A stretch of 14,757 nt of DNA from Octopus sinensis (lineage: Eukaryota). Positions 7,970 to 14,757 of the stretch are shown in pieces (position 1 is the stretch's first letter; the number at the start of each line of letters is the position of its first letter). The notes beneath the pieces are model-generated. The model made no database searches. It was not told where the DNA came from and was given only the letters and a program-made list of their open reading frames with translations. The stretch covers positions 1-14,757 of the forward strand of contig NW_021825654.1 in assembly GCF_006345805.1 (NCBI RefSeq), in the 5' to 3' direction. Position numbers and translations under genes: made by a program.

Positions 7970-7998
<29 letters not shown>
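7970..7998. repeat. (GA)n microsatellite
   Basis: Read directly. Confidence 0.95.
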
Positions 7999-8003
<5 letters not shown>

Positions 8004-8414
8004 TGGGGGGGGGGAAATCTCCCGCTGATTTAATTTGAAATTCTTTGATCTTTACTTCATATAATTAATCTATGACAAATATTCGTACTGGTCAGCTTTC
8101 GGATAAACAATCTAATGAAGCAGCAGACTGTATATAGATATAAGAGAATCAGAACAAACGGAACAAACACGTCTTTAGAAATACTAAGGAATGAGGGAAT
8201 TAGAATAAAACATAGAGATGAAAGAAAAGTTTAGGAAAGAATACTATTAAAGCAATGGATTAATTCTCAAAACAAAGCTGTATGCAAAAACAAACAATTA
8301 AACTAAGGAAATCTGTTCCATTACTCTCTCTCTCTGTACATGTAATAAACTAGATTTATTATTGTTAAAAACAAGGCTAAATGAATTAGCAAGACTAGAT
8401 AGGATAATAATCCA

Positions 8415-8607
8415 AAGGTCTGAAATTCTGGGGAAGGGGGCTAGTCGGTCACACCGGTACCGATAGTCAATGGTGCTTATTTTATCGATTCGGAAAGGAT
8501 AAAACGCAAAGTGTACCTCGGCAAAATCTGAACCCATTACAAAAGACTAGAAGAAAAGCAGCAAAGCATTTGTCTGGTATGCTAATCATTCTGCCAATTC
8601 ACTGCCT
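8415..8607 (-). mobile_element. SINE family B, old diverged copy
   Basis: Collinear with 10317-10508 (AAGGTCTGAAATTCTGGGG...CTTATTTTATCG...GCAAAGTGTACCTCGGC...AAGCATTT...GCTAATCATTCTGCCA). Confidence 0.7.
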
Positions 8608-8648
8608 CACTAGATAGAATAGCTGTTTTTCTAAATTTGGCACTAAGG

Positions 8649-8820
8649 ATTATTTGAGGATGATCCCTGGCTTACTATCCATGCAGGAAGTACAAAATAT
8701 TGTTTTAAGGGGTACGTCACACGTATTGAGAAGGGCATTGTTGCTCTGAATTTTCTCGCCTTCTTTTACATTTATTTTCTTTGTCTTCTTTTTTATATAT
8801 TTTTTCCTATTATAATAATA
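8649..8820 (+). mobile_element. 3' end fragment of R4/Dong lineage 1
   Basis: Encodes RMIPGLLSMQEVQNIVLRGTSHVLRRALLL* (stop 8747-8749), matching MIPGLPSIQEVQKFVLIDTSHVLRRAL* at rc(6419-6502), and has a similar T-rich 3' UTR. Confidence 0.85.
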
Positions 8821-8824
8821 CATA

Positions 8825-8957
8825 CGCTGTTTAGCTAGATATGAGATCTCCATGTGACGCACATATGGCTGTGATGCATACCTGGTGTGCATACACCCGT
8901 GATGCATGTACCTGATGTATCCTTATAAGACGGGTAGTCATGATGGGTGTATTGGAC
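8825..8957. mobile_element. Repeat family D fragment with a small internal duplication
   Basis: GATATGAGATCTCCATGT...AGACGGGTAGTCATGATGGGT (8928-8948) matches 3733-3753. The GTGATGCAT..ACCTG segment occurs twice. Same orientation as copy 1. Confidence 0.8.
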
Positions 8958-9562
8958 TTACTCAAAAGTAAGCGGAAACGTTCTCTGTGAGATAAGACCG
9001 TTCAGTTCAGGCTTCAGCCACTTGATGCGAGCCTCAGACACTAGCTTACCGACCGGCGGCGTCGAGAGGAGTTGTACTTCCATGTGGTGCGTCTTTGTCT
9101 TGCAGTGCTTCTCCCCTCTTCGTCGATATTTGCGATGGCTGAATCGAAAAGACAGCGTGCTTCCGTGAGATTTTGGTTTCTGCTGGGGAAACGGCCACGA
9201 CGCTACCATGAGCAAGACACAAGCTTACGAGTAGTTTTTGCACTTTAGAAATGGTCACATGTGGCTTGAACACCAACCTCGTTTAGGGCAACCATCGACC
9301 CCCGAACGAATGAAAGCTTCCCGAAAATTCATGAACTGTTCTTGGAAGACCGTCGTCGAACAATTGACAAACTTGTTCCTATGAATGATGTGTCCTGGAA
9401 CTCCTCCCAATGTATTTTGAGTGAGGAATTCCAAATGAAAGGAATGCGCAAATGTGGAAGAGGCGAAGAAAAAAATGACGGAGGATTTAAAAGGCATCAT
9501 TTCGCAAGAGTTCCTAGGATTGCTTCGAACAGTGGAAAACGCTTCTGGACCGATGCATTGCT
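8953..9562 (+). mobile_element. Internally deleted Tc1/mariner (mariner-type) transposon relic; transposase pseudogene
   Basis: From ATG 9135: MAESKRQRASVRFWFLLGK..(deletion)..DATMSKTQAYE*FLHFRNGHMWLEHQPRLGQPST..(fs)..KIHELFLEDRRRTIDKLV...SWNSSQCILSEEFQMK, which is the mariner HTH region. It jumps directly to the C-terminus ANVEEAKKKMTEDLKGIISQEF..(fs)..DCFEQWKTLLDRCIA, so the DD34D catalytic domain is absent. Possible partial 5' TIR at about 8953-8980; no 3' TIR. Confidence 0.88.
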
Positions 9563-9568
9563 GAATTC

Positions 9569-10148
9569 AAACAATTGCCCATAACACGAACGAATGCCCT
9601 AGCTTTGCTCAAAACCACTACAAAACGACCAGGTAGAAAAAGTGCTACATTGGAAACTGTGCAAAAAGTGGGAGCTAGAGAGGGGCAAGACTTGGTATGA
9701 GCACAAACCGCAGAGAGCGACGGAGTCCGAGACTAGCAAAGTACTCTGGGATTTCCCAATCCAGACAGATCAGGTGCTAGAGCATAACAGGCTAGACCTA
9801 GTGGTGGTGGATAAGGTGCACTACATGTGCTGCCCCTTTGATCCATGAATATTCAAGGAGGAAGGCGAAAAAATAGATAGATACAAACTTCTTAAGTAGG
9901 AAATAGCTCGGGTATGGAAAACGAAGAAGGTGAAAATAGTGTCAATTATTGTTGGGTCCTTGGGAACAGTATCAGAAGGCATCAAGAGGAATATAAAGGA
10001 AACCGGAATAGAGGACCCAGTAGAACTGTTTCAAAAGGTTTGCCTCCTTGGGACGGCCAAAATAATCGGGAAAGTATTAGATAGCTGAAAAGAACGGATA
10101 ACAGGTAGTAAGACACGAGGAGCTCTAACAAAACCTATGATAAAAAGA
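9569..10148 (+). mobile_element. 5'-truncated R4/Dong-type non-LTR retrotransposon relic, lineage 2 (RLE domain)
   Basis: TIAHNTNECPSFAQNHYK..(fs)..DQVEKVLHWKLCKKWELERGKTWYEHKPQRATESETSKVLWDFPIQTDQVLEHNRLDLVVVDK..CPFDP*IFKEEGEKIDRYKLLK*EIARVWKTKKVKIVSIIVGSLGTV...LFQKVCLLGTAKIIGKVLDS* (stop 10086-10088). A short 3' UTR follows, then (TAC)n(TAA)n. Confidence 0.9.
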
Positions 10149-10316
<168 letters not shown>

Positions 10317-10320
<4 letters not shown>

Positions 10321-10508
10321 TCCTTTCTACTAAAGGCACAAGGCCTGAAATTTGTGGGGAGTGGGTAAGTCGATTACATCGACCCCAGTGTTTCGACCTC
10401 GAAAAGATGAAAGGCAAAGTCAACCTTGGCGGAATTTGAACTCAGGACGTAGAAACGGATGAAATGCTGCCACTAAGCATTTTGCCCGGTGTGCTAACGA
10501 TTCTACCA
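10317..10508 (-). mobile_element. SINE family B with a short internal deletion
   Basis: B-box-like GAGTTCAAATTCC on the minus strand (about 10431-10443). Lacks the GTAC..TTATTTTAT segment seen in the 2680 and 8415 copies. Confidence 0.85.
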
Positions 10509-10632
10509 AATAATAATTTTCTAGATGGTATGAATGAAGAAATTCAAAGAATACGCTGCTGAAGATGAGTTTAATGCTTCACAGATAATTTGAATAGAGA
10601 AAAAGAAAAAAACATAACAAAAGTTGTACTGC

Positions 10633-11012
10633 TTTATTCTTTTACTTGTTTCAGTCATTTAATTGCAGCCATTCTGGAGCACTGCTTTGAAGTGTTTTTG
10701 TCGAACAAATCGACCTTGGAACATATTTTTGAAGCCTAGTAATTATTCTATCGTAACCTTTTGTCGAACCGCTACGTTACGGGGGCGTAAACACACCGAC
10801 ACCGGTTGTCGAGCGGAGATGAGAGGGCACACACACACACACGCATACAGCGGTTTTGTTTCAATTTCTGTCTTCCAAATCCACTCACGTGGTTTTGGTT
10901 AACCGGGGGCTGTAGCAGAAGACATTTATCCAAGGTGCCGCGCAGTGGGACTGAAGCCGGAACCATGTGGTTAGGAAGCAAGCTTCTTACTGCGCTGCCA
11001 CGACTGCGACTA
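10633..11012 (-). mobile_element. SINE family A, divergent subfamily copy
   Basis: Same architecture as 2171-2627 (TTTTACTTGTTTCAGTCATTT...GAACCGCTA...CAAATCCACTCAC...CAAGGTGCC.CGCAGTGGGACTGAA.CCGGAACCATGTGG), with a shorter internal (CA)n. Confidence 0.88.
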
Positions 11013-11102
11013 TAAGAAAATTCTAGGGAAAAATTTCAATCTTTGTCATCCGTTTGAATTTCTTTGTTTAGTTAGTATCATAACATATTCAACAGATAAT
11101 CA

Positions 11103-11620
11103 CAAGAAAAAAAAAAGAAAGAAGGAAAGAAAGAAAAAAAGAAAAAGGTAGGAAATGAAGAAAATAAAAAGAAAGAAAATAAAAACGAAAGAGGGAGAAA
11201 TAAATTAACTAATTAATAAAGAATGGAAAACAAAAGTATAAAATATAGATATTGACAAATTAGAGAATAAAAGAAGTAGTACGAGATGAAAGAAAGCGAC
11301 AAAAAGATAAGTATGGTAAGAACGAAGATGGAAAGAACGAAGAAGAATAGAAAAATGAAAAGCAGGAAGGAAAGAGGAAGGAAGGGGAAGGAAAAGAAAG
11401 AAGGAAGAAAATATGAAAAAAGGGGACGAAATGTATATAGATCGAAAGATGAGAGATAGGATTGAGAATAGAAGAAAGAAGGTGGGTTACAAAGAATGGA
11501 GAAGAAGAAGTAACAAAATGTTAGATAGAAGTGAAAGCGAAAGTAGAAAGAAAGAGAACAGAGAAAAAATGAAGGAAATGAAGGAAAGAAATAAAAAAAG
11601 GAGAAGCAAATAAGAGGAAG
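11103..11620. repeat. Degenerate purine-rich (A/G) low-complexity tract
   Basis: About 500 bp dominated by A and G; explains ORF 11413..11613. Confidence 0.85.
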
Positions 11621-11933
11621 ATAAGTTCGGCTGTTCTAAAATAAGTATCTGTGATGTATCTTCTTATATATCTTCCATTTGTGAAGCGCTTTATTTTTCT
11701 CCATGCCCGTTTATATAGTAACATGCATCAGTGAACTAACTTATTTAATATCGTTAGTTGTTGTTTTTTTTTTACCGTACGTTCCTCTCATTTCTCTACG
11801 ATGCTCCTTGATTTAATCAAATGTGCTAGAATTAGCTGACCGTATGGAAAAAACTTCAGCTGTCCTTTCTCCCCTGTCATTCTTCATTCTCTTCGGATGA
11901 AGGGCTGTTTTAACGGCTTCACTTCATTTTTCA

Positions 11934-11934
<1 letters not shown>

Positions 11935-11968
<34 letters not shown>

Positions 11969-11972
11969 CGAC

Positions 11973-12008
<36 letters not shown>

Positions 12009-12073
12009 AATAATAATGATAATATAACAATAATAATGATAATAATAATAATAATAATATATAATAATAATAA

Positions 12074-12104
<31 letters not shown>

Positions 12105-12255
12105 AAGAAGAAAGGATGAGGAGGGTGGAGGAAGAGGAAGAAGAAAAGATGAAGAAGGAAAAGAAAAGGAAGAGAAAAAAGGAAGAAGGAGAAGACAAAC
12201 ATGAGGAAGAAGAAAGAAGAAGAAGAAGAAGAAGAAGAAGAAGAAGAAGAAGAAG

Positions 12256-12316
<61 letters not shown>

Positions 12317-12440
12317 AAGAAGGAGAAGAAGAAGAAGAAGAAGAAGAAGAAGGCCACAACAAAGCAACAGCAACAATAACGATGTTGATAATAATGTTGA
12401 TAAGGATGATGAAATTGATGATGATGATGATGATGATGAT
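11935..12440. repeat. Compound (TAA)n(GAT)n(TAA)n(GAA)n...(GAT)n microsatellite
   Basis: Read directly; long (GAA)n at about 12205-12352. Explains all ORFs between 11884 and 12503. Confidence 0.96.
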
Positions 12441-12901
12441 AGTGAAGGCAATGCTGCTGATGCTGATGTACTTGGGCTCGGAGATATAGAAAATACAAGA
12501 TAATAACTTTAACTTAGAAAGGTAGAAATGAATTCAACGAAGGATGTGATACAATAAATAATTGAACGCGTTACAAATTTCTACGAAAATATACCAAAAA
12601 AAAAAATGATAAAACAGTAATACAGAGATATTTACGTAAAATTTAAATATCCATTTACGTTGACCTGGGCATCTAATATTGCTGATAACGACACTGAAGT
12701 GTGATTCGCTGTAGGTTGTTCAGATTCGGAGATTCAAAAGTCTTCAGTGAAAAAAGTTTTTTGCGTTATATTTGGATCGTTGAATGATCATACTTTGTAA
12801 AGTTTAGCTGAAATCTGAATTATAATTGTGTCGTTTTATGCTGCTTAGAATATAATCTAATTTCCTTTTTTTTCCATTTTTAATTTGTTTAGTTTTTTTT
12901 C

Positions 12902-13402
<501 letters not shown>

Positions 13403-13656
13403 GAATATTGTATAAATATTTTAAGACTTTTCTTGCTAATGGTTGTGAATTTCATTTCCTTTAGGCTGGAAGTTACTTCGTCTAGACATGGCATTGGTTC
13501 TCCTTCCTAAGTAGTGGCAGTTCCTTATTTGTAAGGGATGTGCTCCACGTCATACGTTTTAAAACTCCTTTTTTCTTTTCCGTTCAGTCTTTTTCATCAG
13601 TTTACTGACCCCTATTTGTCCCTATGCCGATCCCTATTCCTGTAAATGAAAGGCTG

Positions 13657-13784
13657 GTACTGCTGGGAAGGGATACTGCTGTAAAGGGGTGCTGTTGTGA
13701 TGAGATACTGTTGTGAAGGGGTACTGCTGTAAAGGGTTACTGCTGTAAAGGGTTACTGCTGTAAAGGGTTACTTCTGTGAAGGG
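13657..13784. repeat. 16-bp minisatellite, 8 units (consensus xTACTGCTGTAAAGGG)
   Basis: Units start every 16 bp from 13657: GTACTGCTGGGAAGGG, ATACTGCTGTAAAGGG, GTGCTGTTGTGATGAG, ATACTGTTGTGAAGGG, GTACTGCTGTAAAGGG, TTACTGCTGTAAAGGG x2, TTACTTCTGTGAAGGG. Confidence 0.95.
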
Positions 13785-13797
13785 AACTAATGTGTGT

Positions 13798-14060
13798 GTG
13801 TCATCTCTTGTGAAGGTAGGAGAGTCCAGTTTGCTGGACATTGTTGTAGAGCTGGAAAAGAGGTAATTTCTACTCTCCTCCTCTGGAAGCCATCTACTCG
13901 CAATACCAGAGGGCGCACCCTCCTACCCTGATGTAATCTCCAGGGATACAGGCATCCAGCAACAGGATCTCCGTAATGCTATGATGGACCGAAGTCTGGC
14001 GTAGCATGGTAAATTCCATTGTCTCGACCACGGTCGAAGAATGATGATGATGATGATGAT
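13798..14060 (+). mobile_element. 5'-truncated RTE-clade LINE 3' end with (GAT)n tail
   Basis: With small frameshifts it reads GRRVQFAGHCCRAGKEVISTLLLWKPSTRNTRGRTL..YPDVISRDTGIQQQDLRNAMMDR..VWRSMVNSIVSTTVEE*, the typical RTE ORF C-terminus (GH, LLW..P, AM.DR..WR motifs), followed by (GAT)n. Confidence 0.9.
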
Positions 14061-14090
14061 TTGTGTGTGTGTGTGTGTGTGTGTGCGTGT
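14061..14090. repeat. (TG)n microsatellite
   Basis: Read directly. Confidence 0.95.
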
Positions 14091-14269
14091 ACATATATGT
14101 GCGTTATTTGAAGTTGCTGTGATTGAGTTTTGCTGCCTTTGCTAGTTATGGATGTAAGTACGGGGTGGGTCAGGGTGCTTTGGTTTTAATGGCTTACTCT
14201 TGTTAATAAAGATAGAACCGTTTCATTTGCCCATTCATGTATTGTGTTTTGTGTTGCTCAAGAGCTTTC

Positions 14270-14757
14270 AACCTCTTTGATTTGTTGTTGACGTTGTTGT
14301 TGTTTTGGACATCCTGCGCAGAAAGATTTGGGTTTTCCTTCTATCTAAGTCTCTGCTGGGTACTCTACATTGGGTACTATGTTTTAAGGTCTTTCTTCCG
14401 TCTCATTCTTTAAGGCTCAATGCAAATATTGTCTTAAGGTCTTGTTGAGTTAGGAAGACGTATCTATCTTTGATGGTTCTACTTGACCACCTATCACCAA
14501 ATGTTACATATGCGCCTAGCACCTGTCCATATTGTGCCTGGATGGTGGCTAATAGTCATGAGTTGACATTATCATCGACATCCCTAATGGGGGACCTTCT
14601 GTTTTTCCTTTACAAATACTGCGAAACAAGTTTATGGAAAGTAGTCTTGAGTACTATTTGAATTTGTTTTTGGCCCGAACTTTGTTCTAGAAGCGATGCG
14701 TACAGTGCCATATGTCTCAGATCATAAATCAATATCCTTAACCAAACTACTGAAATT
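14270..14757 (-). pseudogene. Decayed gag/ORF1-like coding relic, probably from an L1/Tx1-type non-LTR element (runs off the window edge)
   Basis: One minus-strand frame from 14756 to about 14270 has only 3 stops in about 160 codons of AT-rich DNA: ...PIRDVDDNVNS*LLATIQAQYGQVLGAYVTFGDRWSSRTIKDRYVFLTQQDLKTIFALSLKE*DGRKTL... It has an RRM-like YG.V pattern and a possible degenerate zinc-knuckle lead-in near 14310-14345. The family assignment is inference. Confidence 0.5.

Noticed and set aside
8947-9500. ORFs 8947..9168, 8958..9215, 9046..9276 and 9255..9500
   Set aside because: They are alternative or antisense frames over the mariner relic and its 5' UTR.
13657-13784. Regularly spaced repeats as a CRISPR array
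   Set aside because: The units are contiguous with no spacers, there are no cas genes, and the context is eukaryotic.

Overview
Repeat-saturated animal genomic DNA. The SINE families look like those of octopus; this is recognised from memory, not from a database search. I find no supportable host protein-coding gene, rRNA, true tRNA or CRISPR array. Almost all of the supplied ORFs are microsatellite read-throughs or antisense frames of transposon relics. The window contains: three tRNA-derived SINE families (A x3, B x4, and a CORE-like C x1); two distinct R4/Dong-type non-LTR retrotransposon lineages, recognised by their CCHC + restriction-like endonuclease (RLE) remnants; an RTE-clade LINE 3' end; an internally deleted mariner transposase relic; a Helentron-associated-like element; a gag/ORF1-like relic; an unclassified ~500-bp repeat present as an inverted pair plus a fragment; a 196-bp palindrome; a 16-bp minisatellite; and many compound microsatellites. 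I do not see clear evidence of a new biological system. The best second-look items are the gap-free chain of element fragments with a mariner-to-R4 fusion (8649-10320), the palindrome (189-384), the inverted repeat pair (3341-4860), and a speculative prepropeptide-like or exon-like stretch (5848-6346). Element boundaries are manual and may be off by several bases.
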